A stretch of DNA of 64,000 nucleotides from a virus. Its lineage: Duplodnaviria > Caudoviricetes. The stretch lies in IMG/VR virus record IMGVR_UViG_3300037483_000370, positions 3,690-67,689 of that record; one strand, given 5' to 3'. The notes beneath the pieces were generated by a model. It worked only from the letters and a program-made list of their open reading frames with translations, made no database searches and was not told where the DNA came from. Within the stretch, counting starts at the first letter, position 1. Each line of letters starts with the position of its first letter. The translations under genes were made by a program, and so were the position numbers. Positions 54,925 to 64,000 of this stretch are shown one piece after another.

Positions 54925-56688
54925 TTATCGGTATTGACCGACGACGATAAAATTCTGGGTAATAAACCCGAACCGAAGCGGCAGCGGCACAATGCCGGTA
55001 AAGCCGAACTCAAAGGCGTCGCCCTTGATATCGAACTTGACCTCGGTAAAGGCCGGAGTCCCGCTGATCGGATCTTTCGTGAGACATTTCTTCTCGACAT
55101 AGTACGGCAGCAGGTTGGTAATGAGATAATTGTATACCTCATTGAGCTGCATTTCCTCTGGTGCCTCGACGAGTATCCGCAACCGTTCCTTGATTTTGAC
55201 GTGACTATCAAGCGTGATATGATCGCAGGTCCGGAGCGCAGACGGGATATTGAGAATCAGATTTGCACTCTGGTAAGTAGTCAGATTCGTCACGACCTCA
55301 ATACCATCCTCGCTTACCTCAAATAACGTGGCACCCGCATCGATCAATTTCATTTTGTCGGCTACGGTGTATTTTCGGGTAACACTCAGTACATTGACAT
55401 ACTGCATTTCCGCGCAGGCTGTGATCCCGTTGGCAAACCGGATCCCGGCGACCAGGGCCGCACCATAGAAGGGATCAAAGTCGGCCGCGACCCCGCCATT
55501 TACCACGTCATAGCGTTTAAAAGGTGTGCAGCAGTATTCCGCCCGTGCAGATCCCAGGGCCTTCATTTCGGTAATCATCTGGTCGTTCGTTTTGCTGGCC
55601 AATGCGCCAGTACCCATGGACCGATTCTTTTTATAGAGGACCTGTGACATTTTTTGGTTGTGAGCATCAACCATTGCCTGAATAGCAGGATCTCCGCTCG
55701 CGCACAGGACAAAATTGACGTTCATTTTTTCAAGAAAAGTCAATGCCCCGGCCCAATCGGTATTGCTCACCGTGCCGTTTGATCCGGACGCGAAATAAAC
55801 AAAGCCGGTATCCAGAACGATCGCGCTCCGAGTCGCCCCGGTATGCAGCACTGCAGTGATTTCTCCGCCGGATGCATAATTAAAAAACTGAATCAGGGAT
55901 TCGCAGTCGGCCTTGGCGATATAGGCCGTAGTCTTGATATCTTGGCTGGTCACGGCATCAAGGGTGGCTGCGAGCGCGTCACCCTTGCCGAGCAATGTGC
56001 AGGTGTAATGTGCTTGCGTGTTGATGTAGGCGACCAATTGCGCCAGGGTCGGCACTTCTGAAAAGGTAATGGAAAGGTTGTCGCCGGTCGCGCCCGTTAC
56101 AGTCGTGGTGAGCGTGGTGGCGTTGATCGTCATTGCCGCCGCAGACCCGGAACCGGTATACTGAATTGATAAATACGAGAGCGATATATTATCAGTATCC
56201 GCGATTTGTTTACCCTGAAACAGAATCGTTGCATGATACCCACCCCCGGTACCAGCCACTACCTTCCGAGCGAGTTGGTTTGCCAGGAGTCCATACCGGG
56301 CAGATATGAGGTCTATCACCGCCACGGGTCCGGTCATATTCAGTACCGATGTCGCGTGAGTTGCCGGATCAACCCGGCATACATCCACATAGTTCGGGAT
56401 ATTGAGTCGGGCATCCTTGGTCGGTGTCAGATAAAACTCGGACATATAATAGGCCGGGCCACCCCGAAGCATGTCCAACGCTTCAGTCGGAGATGCAAAT
56501 TGCATTAATTTATAATCGTCTGGAAGATCTGAGGCATTGTACGGCACCCCACACAATGCCTGACCCAGCACGACGACATTCTGGCTTGCGGCCCCTTTGC
56601 CCCGCCCCTGCGGGGGATAATTGCTTTTTGAATAGATGCCCGGTATATTGGTTTCCATTCCTGCGAATTGCTTTTTGGCTATGCCCAT
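54925..56688 (-). CDS. tail sheath protein
   Basis: IPGIYS, VVVLGQA, W..AL.FLE, AALVAGI, LIDAG, LTTYQ, RTCDHI pattern. Confidence 0.9.
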   Translation of the reverse strand: MGIAKKQFAGMETNIPGIYSKSNYPPQGRGKGAASQNVVVLGQALCGVPYNASDLPDDYKLMQFASPTEALDMLRGGPAYYMSEFYLTPTKDARLNIPNYVDVCRVDPATHATSVLNMTGPVAVIDLISARYGLLANQLARKVVAGTGGGYHATILFQGKQIADTDNISLSYLSIQYTGSGSAAAMTINATTLTTTVTGATGDNLSITFSEVPTLAQLVAYINTQAHYTCTLLGKGDALAATLDAVTSQDIKTTAYIAKADCESLIQFFNYASGGEITAVLHTGATRSAIVLDTGFVYFASGSNGTVSNTDWAGALTFLEKMNVNFVLCASGDPAIQAMVDAHNQKMSQVLYKKNRSMGTGALASKTNDQMITEMKALGSARAEYCCTPFKRYDVVNGGVAADFDPFYGAALVAGIRFANGITACAEMQYVNVLSVTRKYTVADKMKLIDAGATLFEVSEDGIEVVTNLTTYQSANLILNIPSALRTCDHITLDSHVKIKERLRILVEAPEEMQLNEVYNYLITNLLPYYVEKKCLTKDPISGTPAFTEVKFDIKGDAFEFGFTGIVPLPLRFGFITQNFIVVGQYR

Positions 56689-56700
56689 GGTAGTTCTCCT

Positions 56701-56925
56701 TTATGAATTGACATATTCAGTATAGAATTTTTCCCACTCTGCGAGAGTATGCGACTGCGCCAGGAAGGTGGGATCTTTCTCGCGCATCCACGCTTTGAAT
56801 CCGTGGACCAGATATGAATTATACTTTCTGACGACATCCGAAAGTCCCAAAAATCCATCAATGCTGAATTTTTCCTCTGATGTCTTCGGCTGTTCATCAA
56901 TAATGAGTGATTTTTCTTTGCTCAT
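56701..56925 (-). CDS. hypothetical protein
   Basis: 74-aa ORF before the sheath. Confidence 0.6.
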   Translation of the reverse strand: MSKEKSLIIDEQPKTSEEKFSIDGFLGLSDVVRKYNSYLVHGFKAWMREKDPTFLAQSHTLAEWEKFYTEYVNS

Positions 56926-57701
56926 GATTCCTCCTCGGGATATTGTTGTATTTCATCGTTCGTGCCCTCGGCGCGGTAGATGTTAACCGGTTTAACATCG
57001 GCATCCGCGTTCCTGGGTTCGTCATCATATACGGTAAAATTACGCACCGTGTTCCGGTAATCGATTGCAGTTTCCTGGCCGTACAATATCCGCCCAAAAT
57101 TGGTATTACGCAGACCAATATCTGTCCGCTGCTTGATATTAATGAGCCGGTTAGCGATCATATCTTTTCTCATAGTATAGAGAATCGAACTCAAGATCTT
57201 GCCGAGAATAGTTACCTCTTGGAGCGTCTGGGTCCAGAGCGAGACAAATATCTTTTCGGCCTGATAAAATTCATCGACACCCAGGCGGAGTTGATGACTG
57301 GTGGCTTCTGTTATAGCGGTCTGGATGGTGGCAATCTGCCCGTCAGTGATCAGACCATTTTTATACCGAGTTGCGATCGGCACCGTGTTCAAAAGGTCAA
57401 GTTTTGCCTGGGTCATTACAGTATAAGGCCGGAGTCCCTGACCCACGGTTGTACCTTCCTCGGGTTCGTCACTGCCCACGACGGAGATCGCTGGCAGCAG
57501 ACCCTCAAACCGAGGCGTTCCGCTCTGCATGGTCGATGCCAGGAGTGTGACCAGGGGATGATCTCCGGACACCTTGACAGCATCGATCTTGCCATTGGAG
57601 AGACCCGGAATGTCGCGCTTGGCCAATTCTCCTTGAATATATTCTATAAAGTAATCGGGAGAAAAGACGAAATAATCACAATATGTAGTCAGAACAGGCA
57701 C
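56922..57701 (-). CDS. tail terminator / neck protein
   Basis: Position; LLPAISVV...E motif. Confidence 0.55.
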   Translation of the reverse strand: MPVLTTYCDYFVFSPDYFIEYIQGELAKRDIPGLSNGKIDAVKVSGDHPLVTLLASTMQSGTPRFEGLLPAISVVGSDEPEEGTTVGQGLRPYTVMTQAKLDLLNTVPIATRYKNGLITDGQIATIQTAITEATSHQLRLGVDEFYQAEKIFVSLWTQTLQEVTILGKILSSILYTMRKDMIANRLINIKQRTDIGLRNTNFGRILYGQETAIDYRNTVRNFTVYDDEPRNADADVKPVNIYRAEGTNDEIQQYPEEES

Positions 57702-58508
57702 TTATTCAACTTCCTTTTTCAAGGCTTTGACTTTTTGCTCCAAATAATTGGATATCATTTCCGGTATCTTCTTTTCCAGATAGGCCAGGACCTCCGGATA
57801 TACCGGGGTCGGCATTTTACCCGGATGCTGCCATCCCTTGCTCTTTTCAGTGACACAGCGGAACGTCATATACTGCCCGTGCATCCCCGACTCATTATCA
57901 TACCGAGTGAGACCCGCCAAGTTACCCGCTTCCGGACCGAGCTTACCTCCCTCCTTGGCTACTTTGTAGGCATCCTGCGGCAAGACCCCAGCAAAGCTAG
58001 AAGTCGGTTTTTGCTTTCCCGGTATCCGGTACCGGAAGGGAACTAAAATATATTTTATTCCCTTGGAACTGGTCTTGATCCGCTTACTGTTTAATAGAGC
58101 CTCTTTAATACTCCAGGGCTTGACCCCTTCCTCGGTCATCATCACAAACATGGAAAATGGCTTGCCGCTGCCGGGATCTAAATCGTCCTCGTCAACATAA
58201 ACCCGCGCCACATCCGTTTGCCCCAGGTATTCGACTTTAATGGCAGCAGCATATTTACTGCCCCATGCGCTCCGCTCCAGGGCCCTGTTTTCCCAGAAGT
58301 TTCGGGCGTCATCGGCTATCCAGTTCACCAGATTGCCGATTTCCTCCGGGAACGTCTCGGCCAGGTGTTGAAACAGGGCCGATTCTGCGTCGCCGCCAGC
58401 GGCCTGCAGCAGGTTAAATAGTTTTGGTCCCATTAAAAATGAGTCTCCGGATGTGTCAAATTCCACGAGGGCATAGTCTCGGGATCGCCCGTCTGCGTTT
58501 TGGCCCAT
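57702..58508 (-). CDS. neck / tail completion protein
   Basis: Position; ILVPFR, YMTFRCVTEKSKGWQHPG. Confidence 0.55.
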   Translation of the reverse strand: MGQNADGRSRDYALVEFDTSGDSFLMGPKLFNLLQAAGGDAESALFQHLAETFPEEIGNLVNWIADDARNFWENRALERSAWGSKYAAAIKVEYLGQTDVARVYVDEDDLDPGSGKPFSMFVMMTEEGVKPWSIKEALLNSKRIKTSSKGIKYILVPFRYRIPGKQKPTSSFAGVLPQDAYKVAKEGGKLGPEAGNLAGLTRYDNESGMHGQYMTFRCVTEKSKGWQHPGKMPTPVYPEVLAYLEKKIPEMISNYLEQKVKALKKEVE

Positions 58509-59656
58509 AATTTTGTCATCACCGTAATCGGGTACAATCGGTTGTCCAGATTGTTCGGAGCTGGCATGTCGCCAAACACGACAAACGTAGGATGATACCC
58601 ATACCGAACAGACATTTTCACACTCGCGGCTGGCTGCCGGCCGCCGGTGATCCAGTGGATTTCCCGGAATCGTTTCAGGGTATAATCCACATTCTTATAA
58701 TAAATGGCACCGGACTCGTCAAAAATACGGTCATCAATACTGGCTACATCAAATTCAAATATGCGGTCAACACCAGTCCGGTGCGTGATAATATCAGTTT
58801 TATAATATGTCGGCATCAGGAGCGTGATATGATCACCCTCGCCTATATCCACATAAGAATTAAACATCATTCTTAACATACCCTGTGGTATATTTGCCAG
58901 GGTTTTTTCTTCTTTCTCATTCCGAATGTCAATCTCCTGGGCCGCAACCCGCTCCGGCTGTGCAAAATAATAATTCATTCGTATCTGACCGGAAATCGGA
59001 TCGGGTCCCGTGGCACTCAGATAGACCATCTGTTTATTGAAAGAATAATCAGTATATTCATAGCCAGATACACTATTCCATATCCGGTCAATAATCACAA
59101 TATCGCCGTGAATATTAACAAAGTTACTTGAGCGCGTCCCGTCATCAAACAGGGTGCCTACCGTGGAGAGGGTCCGGAGTACGGCATCGACGTTGACTAC
59201 CTCATTTTCAACATGAGTAAATCGATCGGCAAAATATGACACCCTCATCATTTCATAGGGCCTGGGGAGCGGATCCCCCGCGATGCGTATTTCATTCGCG
59301 GTATAACTCAAGATTTCATAGGTAACGGTTCCCCCCTGCTCCGGGGGCAGGCACCGCTGGACCTTTATCGGCTCAATGAGCGGAATCCGCTGGGGATAGA
59401 TAACCGCGCCATCCCATCGTATGTCAGAATCCTCATCCCCGATCATGAGCTTTCGCTGAAAATCATAAATATACCCGTCGCCGTGACATAGATTACAATG
59501 CCAGTTCGGGGATCCGTTGACCATCACGCAGGGACACGCTCGTGCGCGCATGACCCGCGCCAGTAGGCCATGGGTATTGACAATCCGGGCAAAGCTATCC
59601 GGGTTTGCTGATATGTTATAGGTAGGATCCCGCCTGCCGTCATGTCGATCGTACAT
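58433..59656 (-). CDS. head-closure / neck protein
   Basis: RARACPC....PNWHCNLCHGDGYIY motif typical of myovirus neck proteins. Confidence 0.6.
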   Translation of the reverse strand: MYDRHDGRRDPTYNISANPDSFARIVNTHGLLARVMRARACPCVMVNGSPNWHCNLCHGDGYIYDFQRKLMIGDEDSDIRWDGAVIYPQRIPLIEPIKVQRCLPPEQGGTVTYEILSYTANEIRIAGDPLPRPYEMMRVSYFADRFTHVENEVVNVDAVLRTLSTVGTLFDDGTRSSNFVNIHGDIVIIDRIWNSVSGYEYTDYSFNKQMVYLSATGPDPISGQIRMNYYFAQPERVAAQEIDIRNEKEEKTLANIPQGMLRMMFNSYVDIGEGDHITLLMPTYYKTDIITHRTGVDRIFEFDVASIDDRIFDESGAIYYKNVDYTLKRFREIHWITGGRQPAASVKMSVRYGYHPTFVVFGDMPAPNNLDNRLYPITVMTKLWAKTQTGDPETMPSWNLTHPETHF

Positions 59657-60153
59657 TATCGAAAATGCTCCCTAATCTGAGTCTCAGTATAATGCTGTTG
59701 CAAGACATCCTCGCCACCCGCGAGTTTTTCCGCCTGCTCTCGCGTCATTCTGACAGCTCCATCGGGATCCGGCACGATAAACGCCGCTCCCTCAAAATCA
59801 GCAATCATGTCATCAATCACCTTGAGCTGCTCATTAGAATGTGGTCCCTTTAGATCGGTTCTGACCATTTTGAGATATTCGATCAGAATTTTACGCTGAT
59901 GTTCATAAACCGTTTTATGGTGCTTGGCTATGGCCGACGGTGATATGAGATCACTGATTGACTTGCCCTCGACCGCGGCTTTTTGTGCCATCATCACGAT
60001 GGTCCCCGGTGAGAAAATACGCTTGCCGCCATCATCTTCCCAAAAGGAATACATGCCTTGGGGCAGTCCCTCGCGCGCGGCCTCCTCCTGGCTTTCACAT
60101 TGACAGAAGGTAATTACCCGCCCGTCCAATTTACCTATGGGTTGCTTAACCAT
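59656..60153 (-). CDS. hypothetical protein
   Basis: 165-aa ORF in the structural operon. Confidence 0.6.
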   Translation of the reverse strand: MVKQPIGKLDGRVITFCQCESQEEAAREGLPQGMYSFWEDDGGKRIFSPGTIVMMAQKAAVEGKSISDLISPSAIAKHHKTVYEHQRKILIEYLKMVRTDLKGPHSNEQLKVIDDMIADFEGAAFIVPDPDGAVRMTREQAEKLAGGEDVLQQHYTETQIREHFR

Positions 60154-60162
60154 CCAATACCC

Positions 60163-61380
60163 CTAACCTAATACCCCTAGCTGATTGCGTTTATAACGCG
60201 CCTTATTAATTTTGTACCACTGCTTGAGTTCTTTTGCGAACTCGATGACCCGCTCCGTGTACATACCGCTTGTCGCGCTCATGCCCGTGGTGTACGCCTC
60301 CGATATGCTGTTCATGCTGACGCTCTGGGAGGCCACGCCTGACGTTTTACCATCGCCATAATCCATCAAGAGATAGATACCAGCAATTTTCCGGATGGCC
60401 TCCGCAATGTCTTTAGGAACCGCTGCCGCATTCGCCCACCCGGTTTTATAATCAATTTTAATAGCATCGGGATAGTTATCGAACGGATAATTGAAAAATC
60501 CTTTGCCAGCTATAAGCCAGGGATACCCGGCAGCCACGGGAACCGTGGACCGGGGAAAGAACTGCACTCTGGAGTCCAGGCCCTTCTTTACAATCCGCAT
60601 GGGGAAAAGGTCTATCACTGAGTTTTGGCCCAGGGGATCCACCATTTTAGCGTCCAAGACATCCTGGAGAGGACGCCGGCGTAACTTCACATACATATAA
60701 TATTCAGCATTGGCCCGCTTGTAGGGATATCCCATCTCCCGTACTTGATTGGCTTCACCCGGAGTGAGGTTCCGTGGAATTACCACACCATCTGAACCAA
60801 TAGGATCGTCGTAGCGCACAATCCGGGGATAGATATCAAGGCCAAAATCAGCCTCAAGGACCCCGATAGCGTTATCAATATATGTTTGTAACATCTCATC
60901 GGTATATGTCTGGAAGGTGTCCGATGATACGAGTTTTGCTCCAAAGGTAACAACATACCGTATCTCGTCTGGCGTGACGAGCATCCCCCATCCCGGATAA
61001 TAATGATCGCTTGTGATCGGGTTATTAAAGAAAAATCCCTGGCGTTGATCAGCTCCCGGCTGTGCCGGATTGTTTACGGAAAAATCATTGATAAATGATA
61101 TTTCCGGTTGTCCTGATACCGGGGTGAGAAATACCTTGTCGAAATAGCTGCCAGCCGTAGAGAGAATTGCCGCTGTATAGGCGTAATGCCCGGTGGCAAC
61201 CCGAGTAATATTAGCAGATGTGATAACCTGGATAATATTAGTATCGTTCAGGGCGTCTTGATATGTGGCATGAATGGTAACCTGGCGAACCTCATGCGCG
61301 TCCACCAGTGTACCGTTATGAACCAGGAGAAAATTTAAGGTTGTTGTCTCGTTGGTTTTTGCAGTGTATCTAGTTCCCAC
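60163..61380 (-). CDS. head-tail adaptor / neck protein
   Basis: YIDNAI..LE.D, IKIDYKTGW....VPKDIAEAI, SQSVSMNSIS. Confidence 0.65.
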   Translation of the reverse strand: MGTRYTAKTNETTTLNFLLVHNGTLVDAHEVRQVTIHATYQDALNDTNIIQVITSANITRVATGHYAYTAAILSTAGSYFDKVFLTPVSGQPEISFINDFSVNNPAQPGADQRQGFFFNNPITSDHYYPGWGMLVTPDEIRYVVTFGAKLVSSDTFQTYTDEMLQTYIDNAIGVLEADFGLDIYPRIVRYDDPIGSDGVVIPRNLTPGEANQVREMGYPYKRANAEYYMYVKLRRRPLQDVLDAKMVDPLGQNSVIDLFPMRIVKKGLDSRVQFFPRSTVPVAAGYPWLIAGKGFFNYPFDNYPDAIKIDYKTGWANAAAVPKDIAEAIRKIAGIYLLMDYGDGKTSGVASQSVSMNSISEAYTTGMSATSGMYTERVIEFAKELKQWYKINKARYKRNQLGVLG

Positions 61381-61382
61381 GT

Positions 61383-62627
61383 CTATTCACCTATACCCCG
61401 ATATCCCTCATAAATTGATTGACCAAGAATATGGCCTGCCGTTCCCTCGGCATAGTCTCCTGGCAATAATATAGCCCAGGGATCCCCGGACGCGCCAGCG
61501 GCGTTTAGGAAGTATCCAGCCGAACCGAGGGTCGAATGGTCACTAATGAGTTCATCCCAAACGGCATCGGCTATTTCAGCCGGGGTCACCCCGCTACTTG
61601 AAGCATTGATAAGTGAAGCAACCGTCCAACGCCACAACATCCCGTCAGCCTCTAACATGGTATCCAGCTTGAGGGCCACTGCTAAGATAGCCGCCACCTC
61701 TGTATCAAGATAGCCGTATATAGCGATAACTGTTGCCTGGATATCATTTAGTTTGGTACTATTGGAGTCAAGTTCCTGCCTGATTTGTACCGCGGTCGGT
61801 GGCGGTGTCGTCAGGCTGTACCCTGATTTATCACTATTGGTTGTTATGGTACCGCCGGTGATCGTCCGCGTGGCATAGGCCCAGAGGTCAGCTACAAGGG
61901 AGCCAAAGCTGGTTAGTGTTCGGGTCCCTACCGCCCATATGTCAGCGGCAGTGTGTGATGATCTGGAAGAAACATTCGCATCAAGTCTGGCAATTTTCGT
62001 TTGGTCGATGGTGGCACCATCACTGGTGATATTCGTCGCATCGGTCAATCGTCGCGTAGCATAAGCCCAAATATCGGCAATCAGTGTACCAAAACCGGAG
62101 AGAGTGCGCGACGCCGTCGACCATACTTTATCTGCCCCCGTCTGGGTGATACCCACATCGCCGGCAGATGATATGACTAGCTTATTTGCGGGAGTGGTGG
62201 ATCGTACAAGTTGTGCAAGCCCATGATCGGCATGATTGAGGATTGTATAAGAATCAATTTCCTCATTATCAACTAACTTGATTAATATATTTTTCGGCAC
62301 CAGGTTCGTTGCACCCTTGATCTGGATTAAAACCATGTTTGCGCCAGTTACAAGTGCCGCATCTGGTATATGCAGCTCGTAGTCTCCGGGCATGTTCGTT
62401 GCATCGATTGCGACAAACCCGCCGGTCGCCCACGTACCTTTTGTTGCCGTTGCCAGCATGATTGCCGTTGCCGCTCCGCTGGCTCCCATGCGGTTGTAAT
62501 AAGCAGACAGACCCGATGAGTTATAAACGAGCCCGGCCAATTTTGCTCCGGTTGTACTAGATGAATCATACAATGAAACAGGGAGAATGATAGATGTTGA
62601 ACCCTTTTTTATTATAAAATCAAACAT
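61383..62627 (-). CDS. virion structural protein with ADIW..TRTL repeats
   Basis: Repeated AD(I/L/V)W...TR.LT motif. Confidence 0.6.
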   Translation of the reverse strand: MFDFIIKKGSTSIILPVSLYDSSSTTGAKLAGLVYNSSGLSAYYNRMGASGAATAIMLATATKGTWATGGFVAIDATNMPGDYELHIPDAALVTGANMVLIQIKGATNLVPKNILIKLVDNEEIDSYTILNHADHGLAQLVRSTTPANKLVISSAGDVGITQTGADKVWSTASRTLSGFGTLIADIWAYATRRLTDATNITSDGATIDQTKIARLDANVSSRSSHTAADIWAVGTRTLTSFGSLVADLWAYATRTITGGTITTNSDKSGYSLTTPPPTAVQIRQELDSNSTKLNDIQATVIAIYGYLDTEVAAILAVALKLDTMLEADGMLWRWTVASLINASSSGVTPAEIADAVWDELISDHSTLGSAGYFLNAAGASGDPWAILLPGDYAEGTAGHILGQSIYEGYRGIGE

Positions 62628-62629
62628 GT

Positions 62630-63316
62630 TTAGTAATTCCCCCAGAAATAATTTCTATTCAAAAAGCCACCACCCGCCACTGTATATGTAAAAGTCAAAT
62701 AAGGTCTTTGTCCATCGGCATGTTCAGATGATGCAAAACGCGTCCAGGCATTTCCTCCTACTCCATCTGATCTATATAGAAGCCATCCATCATTATTAAC
62801 AACACCATTTTTCATATTTTGAACATCTGTTGCTAGTTGCGCTGACGAAAAATCACACCAAGCTGGAGTATCATTTATGGGGGCGGTGAATGTTGCTGTC
62901 ACCGTCGATGATCTATCATTATCATCGCTTCCTGCTCCACCGGATGTCCATGTAGATGGATAAGCATAACAATTCCAGGAACATTCGCCTGCTGTCGCAG
63001 GTGTATCATTATGAACGCCTTGACCCCATGTTCTTAATAATCTTTTTAAAGCAAAGGTTCTAGCAGAATATGCATAAGCATCAAACCAAATAGAGAATGT
63101 AGCAGCCGACACGGCTATTGTTCCTGAAATATTAGTTATACCCGTGAATCTAATTGCTTCATTTACTATCTGAGTCGAGCCATTTTCATTATACACAAAC
63201 GCATCGGGGTTTGTTCCATAATTATTTGCTTCTTCACCTGACTCATGAATCAGCATTGCATCTTCTACACCAGAAAAATCATTTCCAGTGTTATTTCCGA
63301 TCACAACAGTGGGCAT
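62630..63316 (-). CDS. DNRLRE/CBM96-like domain virion protein
   Basis: EDAML....NYG, IRF, W....SWN...W..GGAG, NDGWLL, F.SSE....RPYLTFTY; start reassigned to MPTVV by TAATG overlap. Confidence 0.65.
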   Translation of the reverse strand: MPTVVIGNNTGNDFSGVEDAMLIHESGEEANNYGTNPDAFVYNENGSTQIVNEAIRFTGITNISGTIAVSAATFSIWFDAYAYSARTFALKRLLRTWGQGVHNDTPATAGECSWNCYAYPSTWTSGGAGSDDNDRSSTVTATFTAPINDTPAWCDFSSAQLATDVQNMKNGVVNNDGWLLYRSDGVGGNAWTRFASSEHADGQRPYLTFTYTVAGGGFLNRNYFWGNY

Positions 63317-63759
63317 TATTCGCCCCAAATATCTGTATAATTTTCTGGAAACGGGAAATTCCATTTGTCGGATTCTTTTTCGACATGTGACATTATATCG
63401 GCAGCCAAACTGTCCCATGATTCCCCGCCATTTATCCTGCGATCATGCAAGCCCATCGCATAGTTCTCAAGCGTTGTTAGTTCCGCATTTAGCTCCGCAA
63501 TGGTTACATCCCCCCATAAATTAATACATTCTATGAGAAACGCTTGAGTATACGTAGCTATAAATTGATTTATTCTTGCACGCGCTCGATGCGGCATATC
63601 GATAGCCCTTTTTATTGCCGCTTCCGCCCGCGCAGGATCAATATCTTTAAGAGCTAAATATTCTTCAACACTCTTCCTCGCTCCCGTGCGTATACCGAGA
63701 TAAATCCAATTATTTAATTGCTCCCCAATTTTACGTCTTAATATAATTGATACTGGCAT
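63316..63759 (-). CDS. hypothetical protein
   Basis: 147-aa ORF, GGAG RBS. Confidence 0.6.
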   Translation of the reverse strand: MPVSIILRRKIGEQLNNWIYLGIRTGARKSVEEYLALKDIDPARAEAAIKRAIDMPHRARARINQFIATYTQAFLIECINLWGDVTIAELNAELTTLENYAMGLHDRRINGGESWDSLAADIMSHVEKESDKWNFPFPENYTDIWGE

Positions 63760-64000
63760 AATTGCTCCTTTGATATTAAAAATAATTGATTACGTCCGCT
63801 ATTGGATTCCTAAAAGCATTGCCCTTAAGCGGAACCCGTCCCTTATTGTGGCCAACCATGAAAGACGAAAACTGTATATATGGGCGGTCAACGGGAAGTG
63901 CCTGGAACGAATATTTTTTTATGAAAAGATCGCAGGCAATATCATTGGGGTGAATTATGGCACGTTTTGTATGATAATGCTTGCATACTGTCCTTCGTGC

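Noticed and set aside
44362-56688. Extracellular contractile injection system or tailocin
   Set aside because: Neck proteins, portal, terminase and replication genes in the same element indicate a complete phage.
1-64000. Many plus-strand and nested track ORFs (for example 56943..58046, 1912..2424, 4159..4683)
   Set aside because: They are antisense shadows of well-supported minus-strand genes and have no recognisable motifs.
1-64000. Stop-codon reassignment
   Set aside because: Core genes are full length under the standard bacterial code, and no suppressor tRNA was seen.
63760-64000. Partial CDS at the right edge
   Set aside because: More than one short frame is possible and none has a recognisable motif.

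Overview
A 64-kb slice of a large temperate myovirus-like phage, with almost all genes on the minus strand. The capsid genes are not in the window and probably lie beyond its ends. From left to right it holds: an accessory block (partial N6A/N4C methyltransferase, NrdD-like mini-ORF, initiator-type tRNA-Met, VRR-NUC); portal, TerL and TerS; a long early/middle operon (small accessory ORFs, astacin protease, C5 methyltransferase, MmcB-like nuclease, DUF5131 with a LAGLIDADG endonuclease, SSB, replisome organiser, recombination genes); a divergent repressor switch near 29.8-30.4 kb; a plasmid-type maintenance module (Rep with internal iterons, antisense sRNA, RHH protein, RelE/HigB-HigA, ParA plus partner); a lysis cassette; and a contractile-tail and neck module. 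The standout is 27,552-28,771, where a nuclease-less Nop/IS110-like RNA-binding protein is followed directly by an exact 36-bp dual-repeat, dual-spacer array (12 edge repeats, 11 complete units). This matches the recently described TIGR-Tas class (TasA type), so the class is known but TasA function and targets are not. Two units carry near-identical spacers with A and B swapped, which predicts one shared target core, ACCAAAGCGATAATT. All product calls come from motif recognition by eye; no database searches were run.
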